Assembly (NCBI RefSeq): GCF_006345805.1 | Contig: NC_043003.1 | Span: forward strand, 15,686,001 to 15,750,000 | Length of the DNA stretch: 64,000 nt | Direction: 5' to 3' | Source of the DNA: Octopus sinensis | Taxonomy: Eukaryota | Shown here: positions 12,558 to 25,621 of the stretch, in pieces | Layout of the letters: each line of letters begins with the position of its first letter | Position numbering within the stretch: the stretch's first letter is position 1 | Notes under the pieces: model-generated | Databases searched by the model: none | The model's input: only the letters and a program-made list of their open reading frames with translations | What the model was told of the DNA's origin: nothing | Program-made: the position numbers and the translations under genes

Positions 12558-13665
12558 CAGGCTGCGTAAGATATCTGAGGACAGATTTACGTTTATAAAA
12601 ACAAAAACATATATAATAAGAGAAAATAACTTCATTTATCAAAAAATGCTATGGGAATAAAAATAAACCTTCTTTTTTGTATAATGATATTCAATAAAGC
12701 CACCTTCAGCCTCAACAGCTGCTTCTATATGAGATCTAAATCATCTACATGCTCGAATCAACTGGTCTTGGTTAATTTTGGACTTTAGCCTGACTATGAC
12801 AGCTTTCAAAGAATCCTTGCAATTATGGGCTTTTTCATTGACCTCTCTCTCAACAACGTTCAATATGTAATATTCCAAAGGATAGAGAGCTAGGAAAGCA
12901 GGGTGTCAAATGTTAGGTGTTATGTGATCATGAAAATTTTCAACCATCCATTCCTGTGTTACTAGAGCCATGTGTGATAGTGCAGAGTGTTACTGAAACA
13001 CATATGGCCTTCCATTGCATACACTGTTTATCCAGGGTTTAACAATTGTTTCCAAGACCTCAATGTAGGCGGTAGACTTAACTCAAAGGCCTTGTGGAAA
13101 GAAGTAAAGAGGCATCACATGTCCTTCATTGCTGACAACCCCTAAAACTATGACAGTTGCAGGAAATTTTGTATGCATAGCACTTGGAATTTCAGAAGGA
13201 TCTGCACATAAACATCCGTCATTTCTTCTGTTAACCTTTTGATCTTGGTCTTCGTGGACATTTCTGATTGTTCTTTCTGACACGTGGAGATCTTTTGCGA
13301 CTGACCTCATGGACTTTTGGGGATTGTAATCAATAGTCTGTTGGACTTACTGGATAAACTCAAATATTCCGATGATTTCAGAGCGTTCAGAATATTTTTT
13401 TGCTTTGATACTGGAGATGTTTCCATCTTTAGTCTCTAACTCCTTACAAACTTTGTAGACGAAAGATCAGGCAACTTTTCAAAATCGAGATATTTCTAAA
13501 TCGCTACGCTTAGCGTTTATAAGCACAATAACTGCATGTCTCTTCATTTCTTGAGTAAGCTGAGGGTCTGATATTATTATTTTCTGAAAAAAAGATTATA
13601 CAGCGTTATAAAATATGCAGTAATGACCCCCAAAATGTATGTCCTCAAATACCTTGCGCACCCTG
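12558..13665 (-). mobile_element. Decayed, internally deleted Tc1/mariner-superfamily transposon (maT/DD37D-like)
   Basis: ~26-bp TIRs CAGGCTGCGTAAGATATCTGAGGACA / CAGGGTGCGCAAGGTATTTGAGGACA flanked by TA; minus-strand remnants SMRSVAKDLHVSERTIR and TKFPATVIVLGVVSNEG...FFPQGL with stops and frameshifts. Confidence 0.88.
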
Positions 13666-13696
<31 letters not shown>

Positions 13697-13830
13697 TATT
13701 ATATATATATAATATATATATAATTATTAGGGAAAATTAATTCCGAGTGCACAGGAATGAGACATTCAAATTAAAGGTACTAAAGTGAACTTCTCTCAAT
13801 ATCTTTATTCATATATATATTAAAAAAATC

Positions 13831-14006
13831 TAGTTTTAGAGATAGAACCACCCTCAACTCAATCAACATTGAAAGATATCATACCCGACCGAACCATCAA
13901 ATATTAAATATGATACTTACTATATCTATTCAGAATCCCATACTTTCCATTTAAAAATGGGTATAATATCTTTCAATGCTGAGGATGGTTCTGGTCTCTA
14001 AAACTA
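13831..14006. repeat. Imperfect inverted repeat between (TA)n tracts
   Basis: 13831-13886 pairs with 13959-14006 (tagttttagagatagaacc...attgaaagatat / atatctttcaatg...ggttctggtctctaaaacta). Confidence 0.8.
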
Positions 14007-14018
14007 CTTTTATACATA

Positions 14019-14059
<41 letters not shown>

Positions 14060-14193
14060 ATATATATAATATATAATATATATATAGTTAATCCAAACAA
14101 GACAACACAGGAAAAAAAAGAGAGAAAAACACAGCAACGCGAGGACGTGGAAAATTAAAGTATTATTGACGCTCAGGAAAGAAGAGAAGGAGG

Positions 14194-14228
14194 GTTTAAC
14201 GTTTCGAGCGGAGCTCTTCGTCGGAAAC
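14194..14228 (-). ncRNA. Minimal PLE-type hammerhead motif (U4 to C variant)
   Basis: GTTT-CCGACGA-A-GAGC TCC GCTC-GAA-ACGT-T|AAAC within a repeat shared with 21805 and 46313. Confidence 0.65.
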
Positions 14229-14354
14229 AAGGAGAAGGAAAGATCCCAAGAAGGGAAGGCAGAGGAAAAAATAAAGGTAAGAAGGAAAAGTACAGGGAGA
14301 TAAGTTCAGGAAAAAAGTTCAGGAGAAAGTTAAATAAGAGTCACGGACAGATTC

Positions 14355-14409
<55 letters not shown>

Positions 14410-16456
14410 ACTTACAAGGATAGGTACAAATTATATCATGCAATATAATTTTATACAGCGTCAAGGAGTCACCTGTTGACCGGGGTACACCCGTCTTGGA
14501 TTCAATAACGGTTCAAGGTTCTTCCACGTAATGGAGGACTGTCTCAATTGCAACTATAATCATTCTCTTCCTATTTCTCTACAAATACTGGTGTGTCGCG
14601 GAGGATAATGTTCATGTGAAAATAACACATAAGCTGTATGAAGATTGAACAGATATTATCTGGAGATACAATCTGTATAGATATTAACTATTGAATATCA
14701 AAAATATTGTTGTTTTTGATGATATTCAAGTTTCAGAAGTCTTGTTAGATTTGGCACAAGGCAACAACATTGATAAGATCAAAACTAAAATATATTTGCA
14801 TGAGCTCAATTAATTGTGTATGTATGAGATAGTATGTATGTGTATATATGTATCTGTGTGTGTGTGAGTGAATAAAATTTATTGATTTTTAATTTCGACG
14901 TTGGGTGAAGAATTGTCATGTAGCATCTGTTGTTTTGATAAATTCTGTTGTTGAAACGGCGATCACTTCTCATCTTCAATAACCACTTCATATTCCAACT
15001 CGAAAAATATACACAAAAAAAACCCCCAAAAATAAAATAAAACAAACTTTATTTTTGGCTTACACGGCCTTATTACAGTTGAATGAAGGTCGAATGGGAA
15101 TTTATAGATAGTGCAAGAAATATATAAACGAAGCATATCCAAAGATCTCATCATGTATGTGTTTATGTGTGCCGTGTGTTTCTGCGTATAAAGATAACAT
15201 TCTACTTCACATCAATATTTTGTTTTCTTATTAATTCCAAGATTAATAGAAATAAAAATAATTTCATTTTTGTTACATGCTTTTTTAATGGTTTTTCACA
15301 TAGAATTTGTTTTATCTGCTTCCTGTATGAACATTCTTATCATTAAATATTTCATAATAATTTCAAACGATGTCTCCTTTCATTGATATTCTTTCTTAGT
15401 TTTACAACTTCTCTGAAACATTTCTGCATAAATTATTCTGTTTGTTATGGTAGTGTCTTTATCGAGCTTCTTCCTTATCTTGCTTTGATAATTATATCTT
15501 TTATCATGTTTTATATCTTATAGTTTGTTTAACTCTTATGCCAACGTCTAAAAATATAGTGGCAGTTTATTGTTATTTTCATTCTTTACCTCTAATTATA
15601 GTATTTATATCTCTTTGTAGCATTTTATGGACACGTTATTTCTGCTTCTAAATGTATGATTAAAATTCATTTTCACACGACAAAAATCACACAACCCATT
15701 CAAAATATTCTACCACAAAAAATTAAGTGTGACTGTCAAGTTACGTTTGCTTGATTGATTACTTTAGTACAGACGTGTGAATCTAGAATAGGAATTCAAA
15801 TTATTTGTAAATTATCAGAGAGGAAATAAGAGAAAAGTATTCTTGTGTGTCGATTCTGTAAGCCAGATCTAAAGCGGACCTGGAACAGAGAGAGCATGTT
15901 GTCGATAAGGTTGCAGATGGCAACGAAGGTCTTTGACAAACCTAGTTTATCTATTGATTGGTTGATTGACCGAATGATTAATCAAGCCATCGATTAATTA
16001 ATTGGTTAAATAGTTAACCAATTGCCTTAAAGAAAAAAACAAGGATGGGAAATAACACCACGTGTGTTTATTGGTTGCATAATTATCCTCCTTAGATACA
16101 CCAAAATCGTTTTTAACAGGTGAGTTCACAAAAAGAATCCTGCAAACTACATATATATATATATATATAAAAACGAAATATTTCGTTACTGAAGTGAATG
16201 TTTCGAATGGAATTCGGTTGATGGGTTATATACGGGGAAGAACAAATACGCTGATGTTCATATAACCAGAGACCATAGTGACTTTTAAATATAAGTGTGT
16301 TTGTAAGTGAATTTCGGTATTTATCGTTACTTAAAGTATTGGTTCATAATGAACCAAATGCTTTTTGCAAATAAATAACACATAGTAGAAGGATCATGGG
16401 CTCAGTGCTATGTTTAATTAAACAGCGACAGATTCAGGAATTCAGAAGTGTGGGGT

Positions 16457-16541
<85 letters not shown>

Positions 16542-16554
16542 ATATATATATATG

Positions 16555-16669
16555 AATAAAAATGGAGTTAACGCAGGTTCAAACAAGTATTTTTACTTCT
16601 ACATATGTTTCGAAAATTCCACTGATACTTTTATCCGTGTTAATTGTTAAAAAGTAAAATACACTCATC

Positions 16670-16670
<1 letters not shown>
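16555..16670 (-). mobile_element. Truncated PLE-like fragment between (TA)n tracts, with HHR 3' half and an inverted copy of its own terminus
   Basis: Homologous to 28655-28943; minus strand keeps CGAAACATATGTA; 16631-16670 is the reverse complement of the family terminus (28655-28700). Confidence 0.6.
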
Positions 16671-16728
<58 letters not shown>

Positions 16729-16937
16729 AATAATGATAAATCTCAGAGCGAGTTATAAACAGTAGCAGCAACAAAATCGTGACGTATATTTGCCATTTGA
16801 ATATGGCTAACCTAAGGGGAATGCTACTGTAGTTTGTAGCCCCAGGAGGACACCTCCTCCAGCTGGCTATAGACACACTTTCTGTGCCCTATCAGTATTT
16901 GCAAAGGAAGCCATCCCTCCGTCTTCAACTTATGATA

Positions 16938-16982
16938 CACACGGACTCGAGTTTCAGAGTATTGACCCGTCATCGGCGTGTG
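16938..16982 (-). ncRNA. Minimal type I hammerhead motif, left arm of palindrome
   Basis: Mirror image of 17382-17426. Confidence 0.7.
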
Positions 16983-17381
16983 ACAATCATAGTTGTCGAT
17001 TAATTCTTTGTAATGATTATAAAATCAGTACATAGAAGAACAATACAGGACATACATACAAAAAACAGTTAAGTGGTTCGTTTAAAAATTCCAAAATATA
17101 TGGATTATTCATTATACAAAAAACTGTATTTAAATTTTCCTTTGCATTGACTAATATAACATTACATTAGATGAAATCGGTAAGATTTCAATCTAATGTA
17201 ATGTTATATTAGTCAATGCAAAGGAAAATTTAAATACAGTTTTTTGTATAATGAATAATCCATATATTTTGGAAATTTTTAAACGAACCACTTAACTGTT
17301 TTTTGTATGTATGTCCTGTATTGTTCTTCTATGTACTGATTTTATAATCATTACAAAGAATTAATCGACAACTATGATTGT

Positions 17382-17426
17382 CACACGCCGATGACGGGTC
17401 AATACTCTGAAACTCGAGTCCGTGTG
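17382..17426 (+). ncRNA. Minimal type I hammerhead motif, right arm of palindrome
   Basis: CACACG-CCGATGA-CGGGT CAAT ACTCT-GAA-ACTCGAGT-C|CGTGTG. 6-bp perfect stem I, perfect palindromic stem III, GUC site; U4 to C and a C.U mismatch at 10.1/11.1. Confidence 0.72.
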
Positions 17427-17723
17427 TATCATAAGTTGAAGACGGGAGGGATGGCTTCCCTTTGCAAATACTGATAGGGCACAGAAAGTGTGTCTATAGC
17501 CAGCTGGAGGAGGTGTCCTCCTGGGGCTACAAACTACAGTAGCATTCACCCTTAGGGGTTAGCCATATTCAAATGGCAAATATACGTCACTATATATGGC
17601 AGAATCGTTAGCACGCCGGACAAAAGACTTAGTGGCATTTCGTTCATCTATACGTTCTGAGTTCACAGTCTTCCGCGATCGACTTTGCCTTTCATCCTTT
17701 CCCAGTCAATGTAATACTTACTA

Positions 17724-19075
17724 CAAGTATTGAACATCTTATCCGGAATCCAGAGACCTGGAATTGTCAGAAATTCGGCTACATTTTTAAAACTAGCTAG
17801 ATTTGAATTTCGCGGACTGTAGTTGTTCGTCATGCGGTCACTTTATTTTGATTTCCGTGACGAATACGCCACACGACGCCAGTTCCTGTGTGGCTGCTAT
17901 TGTGTGGGCGCCCTCCGCTCACAGTTAAGTAGTTATTTGTCTTAATTTATTATAATTTCTATTATTACCATATCTAAAAGTCCAGCACAAGAGCATCTTG
18001 CTGGTGGAAACCCGAAAAGAAAACATTTAACTCTCAGCACAGCGAAGAAAGTAGAGTTACTTAAGAACTCATTAAGGTGCTTCAGTGCGGATTTTGAGTG
18101 AGAAATATGGTGTTGGTGTGTCTACTGTCTATGATATCAAGAAACAGAATGAACAAATGCTTAAATTTTACAGTGACAGTGATGTGACTAAATTAATGGA
18201 GAAGAGAAAAACTGTGCATCAGTCGAAGAGTGCTGAGGTGGACAGTTAGTTAGTTAGTTAATTTTTGGCTCAAAAGCAAATAGCAAGGCCATGTAGGGGG
18301 ACATGGAGTTAAGTACAGGGTGGTGTTCATGTAAAGAGTTCAGGCCACTTGAGGTCAAGGGAGACTTTGAACAAAGCGGTCGTCGGCATCTTCACCATCT
18401 CGTCTGGCAGCTTGTTCCACGGATCCGCAACCCGGACGGAGAAAGCTCCTCTCCTTCGATTGAGATGAAATCGTCGCAGGTAGAGCTTTTCGGAATGACC
18501 CCGCAGCCGACTCTCTGGAGCAGGAGTGAAGAACAGCTCTTTCGAGAGGTTACACTTTCCGCTTATGATGTGAGCGAGAATGAGATCACCACGGCGGCGG
18601 CGTTTTTCTAGAGAATAAAGGTCGAGCGTCCTCAGCCTTTCTTCATAAGACAAATTTTTGAGACCATGAACCATGCGGGTAGGCAGCTTCTGGACTCTTT
18701 CGACAGAATATTTTTCAGTGGATTAATAAAAATCGAACACACTCTGCTTCAAAAGTCTATTATTTTCTACCTGTAACCCTTACATAAAATTATGTTCTTT
18801 ACTTTTCTTTGTTTATTTTTCATCCTATATATCATTCGTGGTACATTATTCTATATTTTAAGAGTTTTAAGAATTTTATATGGCTTAATAAGGATCAAAC
18901 AGACCCCGCTTTAGAACTATAATAATTTGCGTATGTTATGCAATTTTGTTCTTTAATTTGCGTTGTTTATTTTATATTTTTGGTATATATTTAGCCTGTG
19001 TCCAGAAATCCGGAAAATCCCAAAACCCGGGCCACCTCCGGTACAAAGGTTGCCGGATAAGTGGTTAGGTACCTG
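17724..19075 (+). mobile_element. pogo/Tigger-like DNA transposon remnant, internally deleted and interrupted by a CR1
   Basis: Imperfect TIRs (CAAGTA...CTTATCCGG / CCGGATAAG...TACCTG) with TA flanks; 18000-18245 encodes frameshifted KRKHLTLS...KKVELL...EKYGVGVSTVYDIKKQNEQMLKFYSDSD...RKTVHQSK (CENP-B-type HTH). Confidence 0.8.
18246..18701 (-). mobile_element. CR1-clade LINE 3' fragment (ORF2 C-terminus)
   Basis: ORF 18327-18674 SYEERLRTLDLYSLEKRRRRGDLI...LRGHSEKL...FSVRVADPWNKLP; (TAAC)n tail; GACAG direct repeats at 18241-45 and 18702-06. Confidence 0.9.
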
Positions 19076-19465
19076 TAGCTGTATTCTAAGGTCGATGTAA
19101 TCGACTAGCCTCTCGTTCAAACAAACATGTTTTTGCTATAGAATTCAGCAGTCAAAAACTCCCAAAGATCTTGCAAAAGAAACCATTCCCATTTTTCCTA
19201 ATATTCAAGGGAACCTAAGACGAAATAAGCCAGCGTGATCCTTTTTAAACTGGTGTAGGGAAGCTTAACCCTTTCGTAACCATAGGCTATTTGCCTATGT
19301 TGAATAATTCGAATGATTTTTTTAAAATAATGAAATATTACTAAAATGTTTTTTATAAACAGGTGAAATAGGTGATATATGTGTATGTGTGCACGGGGGT
19401 GGCAGAATGTGCGTTTGTGTATGTATGTGTGTGTGACTATGTTTATATACATGTATGCAGGTATA

Positions 19466-19528
19466 TTAAAATCGACATAAGCAACAAGGATATCCAGGTG
19501 ATATCCTTGTTGCTTACTTTGATTTTAA
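19466..19528. repeat. Short fold-back hairpin
   Basis: taagcaacaaggatatc / gatatccttgttgctta perfect 17-bp stem, with outer ttaaaatc/gattttaa. Confidence 0.9.
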
Positions 19529-19560
19529 TCACCTTACTTTGAAATAGTATGTATAATACC

Positions 19561-19795
19561 TATTTCTTTACTACCCACAAGGGGATAAACACAGAGAGGA
19601 CAAACAAGGACAGACAAACGGATTAAGTCGATTATATCGACCCCAGTGCGTAACTGGTACTTATTTAATCGACCCCGAAAGGATGAAAGGCAAAGTTGAC
19701 CTTGGGGGAATTTGAACTCAGAACGTAGCAGCAGACGAAATACCGCTCAGCGTTTCGCCCGGCGCGCTAACGATTCTGCCAGCTCGCCGCCTATT
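19561..19795 (-). mobile_element. SINE family A, full length
   Basis: Reverse complement of the 39203-39417-type copy. Confidence 0.85.
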
Positions 19796-19896
19796 TAAAA
19801 ATAGTATGTATAATACTATACTAAATTCTGGTGCCTCAACTTAAGAACTTAATACCATATTCTTCTGAATCTAAACTTTTGCTGAATGTGTGCAGG

Positions 19897-19909
<13 letters not shown>

Positions 19910-19928
<19 letters not shown>

Positions 19929-19946
19929 GTATGTGTGTGTGTGCTG

Positions 19947-20001
<55 letters not shown>

Positions 20002-20030
20002 GTGTGATATATATATATGTGTGAGTGATG

Positions 20031-20110
<80 letters not shown>

Positions 20111-20250
20111 TAGATTATATATATATTATTATATAATATATATATATTTATATATATATATTTTTATATATATATTTTTTATATATATATATATAATATA
20201 TATATAATATAATAGATATATTTATAATATATATATATTTATATATATTA

Positions 20251-20285
<35 letters not shown>

Positions 20286-20300
20286 ATATATATATACGCA
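19910..20300. repeat. (TA)n/(TG)n microsatellite tract
   Basis: Direct inspection. Confidence 0.98.
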
Positions 20301-20960
20301 CGTGCACACAAACAGAAATGACGTTACTTGGACACATAGGGATGTAATTTATTGATCGCAAGTAACACTTGCAAGATTGAATTTGCGCATGCTCAAAACC
20401 TTGCTGATTGTTCAGGCGATTCTTGTTTCTTTCTTTCAAACTGATATATTTTTCTTTCTTTCGTTTTGTCATTTGTCCCTTGCGTAATTGTTTAGCGACG
20501 TTATCTCGCCGATCGTACACTGAGTACATGAATACGTTCTAATCATTATAATGATATTGATAGCATTTGCCTAACAAAGCCACAGAGAGCTTATATCAGT
20601 TCACGAACGAAGAGTTTATAATTACCTGCTTCTAAATACATATTGCTGTTCACTTTCATCACTCCTGCAACTAACTTGACCAGTTTTCCAGCGGTCAAGG
20701 GATCTTGAGTGTATTTACTCCACCTGCTAGAAATAGCTGTCAAATCTTTTAAATTGCATCCCACCTTTTTCCAGAGAGACAAAGGTAAAAATAATTTCTT
20801 CTTTGGTGTCTCCCAAAATGAAGAAATGATCGTGTGGTCTGGTGGGAAAATCTTTGATCACTTGGGAATATGCAATAATAATCAGTATAAATTTTCGAAG
20901 AAAATTTATGTCCTCCTTAGCTGAAAAGAACAGTCAAAGCAGTATCAACTACATGATATT

Positions 20961-21498
20961 TAGTGCGTAAAGTTCGTGCCGATTTATAGTAGCTTATCTT
21001 TCGACTTATTTTAGAACATGGTTGAGTCTATAAAATAGGATTTGACTACATTTCTATTTAGAGCACAGTTTAAGCTATCTTTTCGTGGAAAAAGATTTAT
21101 GTTCCTATAACCTGTGTTCATTTTGTAACCCTTTAAAATGGAAGATAAGAAAGTTCATTTTCGCCACTTGATGCTTTGGGAACCAGACAAAAATTACTGC
21201 AGCTCGGCTGGGATGTGTTACCCCACCCTCCATATTCAACAGATATTGCTTCTTCGGATTTCCACTTATTTAGGTCTCAACAGAATAGTCTTAATTCCTT
21301 GGATGACGTAAAAAGATGAATTGTTTGCCATGAAACCACCTCAATTCTCGGAAGAGGGTATTTTCAAGGTAAAGGAAAGATGGAGACGCATTGTGCAACA
21401 AAATGGTTCATATTTGGTTGATTAAAAATGTAATGGCAAGTATTTATTAACTTTTTACTTTCCTTTAAAAATCGGCACGAACTTTCCGGACAACCCAA
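20961..21498 (+). mobile_element. Internally deleted mariner element
   Basis: TIR aagttcgtgccgattt / aaatcggcacgaactttccggacaacccaa plus TA; remnants MEDKKVHFRHLMLWE and LLQLGWDVLPHPPYSTDIASSDFHLF. Confidence 0.85.
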
Positions 21499-21804
21499 TA
21501 GTTAATGTCACTCGGCTGCTCTAATGATAATAGATGACGAGGGTGATTATAAAACTAAGCCTGAGTGCGATAAGCGCTTGGCCTAAAAGTTGGTATACAT
21601 GCGTGGCTGCGTCGTTAAGGAGCAAGCTTCGCATCCATGTGATTACAGGTTCAGTCTCGATGTGCGGCAACTTTGATGAGTGTCTTCTACTACATCCCTG
21701 GGAGAACCAATGCCTTGTGAGTGTATGGAAGCCCTAACCACATTTGGATCGTTGCCGATGTTTTTCCTCCGTCTTCCTTTTCACTTGGACTTTCCTCCGT
21801 CTCC

Positions 21805-21841
21805 AGTTTCTGACGAAGAGCTTTGCTCGAAACGTAAAACT
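21805..21841 (+). ncRNA. Minimal PLE-type hammerhead motif, intact core
   Basis: AGTTT-CTGACGA-A-GAGC TTT GCTC-GAA-ACGT-A|AAACT; 5-bp stem I, palindromic ACGT stem III, GUA site. Confidence 0.75.
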
Positions 21842-22280
21842 ACTTTTCTTTCCTTCCCTGAGCGTCTGCTAATACTTCGCAAGTGAAATTTGGACCCAGA
21901 ATGTGAAGACAGACGACATGCCATGGCGTGCTAACGATTCTCTTAGCTCGCAACCTTACATAATTTATCAATATTGATTTGAAATATTGGCACAGAGCCA
22001 GCACATTAGTGGAGGGGCAATTGACAGCAGTGCTCAACTGATAATTTTTTTCATCGATCCTGAAAGGATGAAAGGCAAAATCGACCACAGCAGAATTTGA
22101 ACTCAAAATGCAAAGACGGACGAAATGCCACTAAGCATTTCCCCCAGCGTACTACCGATTCTGCCAACTTGCCGGCTTACATAATATATTAATATTAACT
22201 GCTGAATAACATCTTGGAAGATCATAGAATACAATATGCCTATTGGAAGCTTTCGAAATAGTTCTAAAATATTTGCAGAC

Positions 22281-22780
22281 AGGCGCAGGAGTGACGGTCG
22301 GGTAAGTAGCTTGCTTACCAACCGCACGGTTCCAGGTTCAGTCCTAATGCGTGGCACTTTGGACAAGTGTCTTCTACTATAGCCTCGGGTTGACCAAAGC
22401 ATTGTGCGTGGATTTCGTAGACGGAAACTGAAAGAATCCCGTCGTATATACATAAATATATATACATATGTATATATATATATATATATATATAGTGTGT
22501 GTGTGTGTGTGTGCGTGTGTGCGTGTGTGTGTGCGTGTGTGCGTGTGTGTGTGTGTGTGGGGGGTCTTTGAATATTTGTGTCTGTGTTTGTCCTCCCGCC
22601 ATCGCTTGACAACCGATGGTGGTGTGTTTACAACCCAGTAACTTAGCTGTTTGGCAAAAAGAAACCGATAGAATAAGTACTGGGTTTACAAAGAATGAGT
22701 CCAGGGGATGATTTGTTCAACTAAAGGCGGTGCTCCAGCATGGCCGCAGTCAAATGACTGAAAAGAATAAAAGCGTAAAA
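22281..22780 (+). mobile_element. SINE family B
   Basis: Same head, core and tail as 5677-6050. Confidence 0.85.
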
Positions 22781-23030
22781 GGATGGAACTTATTTTGAGA
22801 TGTTGATTTATTGTCTACAATGAAGAATTGGGTAACCTCCTCGAATGTTCACATCACTTCAATTTATACATGTAAGTTTATTTTAATCTATCTTATCAAA
22901 TATGCTCATAATTTTCCCATTGAATTTGCAAAAGTGTTAGTTCTCTGAAATATCCTCCAGGTCATAATTATCTACATTTTATTGACTATCTATAGCTTCA
23001 GGCCGACCAATATCTTATAAGTGAATTAAA

Positions 23031-23476
23031 GCGGTGAGCTGGCAGAAACGTTAGCACGCCGGGCTAAATGCTTAGCGGTGTTTCGTCTGCTGTTACGTTC
23101 TGAGTTCAAATTCCGCCGTGGTCGATTTTGCCTTTCATCCTTTCGGGGTCGATTAAATAAGTGCCATCTACGCACTGAGGTCGATATAATCGATTTAATC
23201 GGTTTGTCTGTCCTTGTTTTGTCCTTTCTGTGTTTAGCCCCTTGTGGGTAGTAAAGAAATAGGTATTTCGTCTGCCCATACGTTCTGAGTTCAAATTCCG
23301 CCGTGGTCGACTTTACCTTTCATCCTTTCAGGGTCGATTAAATAAGTACCAGTTACGCACTGAGGTCGATATAATCGATTTAATCATCCGCTTGTCTGTC
23401 CTTGTTTGTCCTTTCTGTGTTTAGCCCGTTGTGGGTAGTAAAGAAATAGGTATTTCGTCTGTCTTTATGTTCTGAG
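23031..23476 (+). mobile_element. SINE family A with tandem ~185-bp units (2 full plus a partial third)
   Basis: Unit starts ggt(a/g)tttcgtctg at 23077, 23262 and 23449. Confidence 0.88.
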
Positions 23477-24947
23477 GAGTAGACAGACAGCCGACAACTG
23501 ATGAAGGTTCCTTTTGCAGTGTTAACTTGTCCTGTTTTCCATTTGTTCTCATTGTTTATGTATTTCACTCGTTTTGTCCTGCAATTACTGTCCACGTCTT
23601 GTATCTATCTTTCGTATGTATGTTACTCGCACCGTTGGTGATATCCTGTGGCTTACGATCGTGAGGTTGTGAGTTCGAATCCCGGACCGGGCTGCGTGTT
23701 GTGTTCTTGAGCAAGACACTTTATTTCACGTTGCTCCAGTTAACTCAGCTATAGAAATGAGTTGCGACGTCACGGGTGCCAAGCTGTATCGGCTGCTGCC
23801 TTTCCCTTGGATAACACTGGAGGCGTGGAGAGGGAAGGCCGGTATGCATGGGCGACTGCTGATCTTCCATAAACCATCTTGCCCAGACTTGTGACTACGA
23901 GGGTAACTGTCTAGGTGCAATCCCATGGTCAGTGTCGTGACCGAAGGGGGTGCCGATCCCGATATATATATATATATAATATATATATATATATAATATA
24001 TATATATATATATAAATGTATATATGTATGTATGGCTGCATATATGCATGCATGTATATTACATGTGGTTATCTTTGTGTGTATCCATGTATCGCTCGAC
24101 AACAGGTGTTGGTGTGCTTACGTCCCCGTAATTTAGAGGTTTGACAAAAGAGTTCGATTACATAAGTAGCAAACTTAAAAATAATTTCTTGGATCGATTT
24201 GTTCGAGCCTTTCACGCGGTAACCGAACGTGACCGCAATCCAATGATTGAAATAAGTAAAAGAGATGAATATTAAGAAATGCATTCCGTTTTCGATTTTC
24301 GTTTACGTTCACGGATCCTGAGTATAGAATATTTCAAAAATGATAAAACAAATTCATCTCCATCGTTGTTACGAAAATCTTCAATATTTTCAAAGAATTA
24401 ATTTTTTTTTTGTATTTCACAGGTTCAGAACATACGGGGAAAATAGAAACCAAACAGTATGTTCAAGGAACATGCAACGAATATATGCAATGATGACAAA
24501 AAAATAATAATAAATAAATAAATAAATATATAATAAATAAATAAAAATAAAAGTAAATTCCGAAAGCGAATATGACTGAGTTTGAAAATAGGGGATAATT
24601 ACAGATAAAATGGCATCAAATTAGAGGATTCTAAACACATGACCTTTTCTATAAGTATGATGAACCATTTCAAACGAAAAGCAAATTGTTCTCCTTAACA
24701 ACTTCCCTTTTCACGCTTGAGAAAATATTTGCTGTTGTTTAAACGTATAATTCATAGTCTAATATAATCTAACACAATTTTCAATAGACTCCACTTGTTA
24801 CATTAGCAGACGAAAGTGCATGCGTGCGCACACAATGTTATATATATATTTATATATTTACATATACAATATATATATATAATATTTACATATACAATAT
24901 ATATATTTACATATACATGTATATATATATATTATATATATATAATA

Positions 24948-24988
<41 letters not shown>

Positions 24989-24990
<2 letters not shown>

Positions 24991-25621
24991 GTGCACCATA
25001 CCTGTCAGAGATAATATAAATGAAATAGATCATACTACTACTACCAATACTAGTACTAGTGATAGGAATATAGCCGATAATGTGAATTTAACTCATTCGT
25101 TGATTTTGGGTTTGGATGATGATAACAATTGTAACACTTATAATGTGAATAGTAGTATAGGGGTGTTGTCCAATTTTAGATTTCCTCATTCTGCTAACCT
25201 TTGTAATTGCAGAAATAAAAATAAATGTGTATTTGGTAATCAATGCCTCAGGAAGGAGGTTGTTTACCAATGCACTGTAGATACACAATTGAGTAGTAGG
25301 GTGTATATCGGGGCAACTATGAATAGCATAAAACAAAGATGGAATTATCACAGATATACCTTTAGGAATAAAAATAGAATGTACTCTACAGGGCTAAGTG
25401 CATACATTTGGGAACTTAAAAATAAGAACTTAGATTTTAGATTAAACTGGAAAATACTAACTTCAGCACCTGTGTATAATGGAAAAAATAAAAAATGCTC
25501 TCTATGTATTAATGAAATTTTCTTCATTATTAAAGCGGGTCGGCAAATTATTAACAACATTAATGAAAAAAACTTCTTTTGTATTCATAGGCTACCGTTC
25601 ACCTTTTCTAGATTCAAATAG
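24989..25621 (+). CDS. Stand-alone GIY-YIG endonuclease of Penelope-like (Neptune/Poseidon-type) elements, ~210 aa; no reverse transcriptase
   Basis: From 25202: CNCRNKNKC...CL..EVVYQC...VYIGAT...KQRWNYH...TGLSAYIWELK...WKIL...KCSLCINE...IINN...CIH. GIY/YIG hairpin, Arg, His, Glu, Asn and Cys/His motifs all present in an open frame. First in-frame ATG after the microsatellite is at 24989. Confidence 0.85.

Larger units (their letters stand above)
16779..17590. repeat. 812-bp near-perfect palindrome (loop ggtaa at 17179-17183)
   Basis: Arms are reverse complements differing mainly by single-base indels. Confidence 0.97.

Noticed and set aside
20560-20930. Coding-like stretch with a ttcttttcag acceptor on the minus strand
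   Set aside because: No frame gives a recognisable domain, and overlapping short ORFs occur on both strands.
23478-23560. ctgatgaagg motif in a repeat shared with 52715-52790
   Set aside because: Could not build stems I-III in any permutation.
24824-24988. N-terminal 55 aa of the 265-aa ORF call
   Set aside because: Translation of (TA)n microsatellite from a GTG start; a real start is more likely at ATG 24989.
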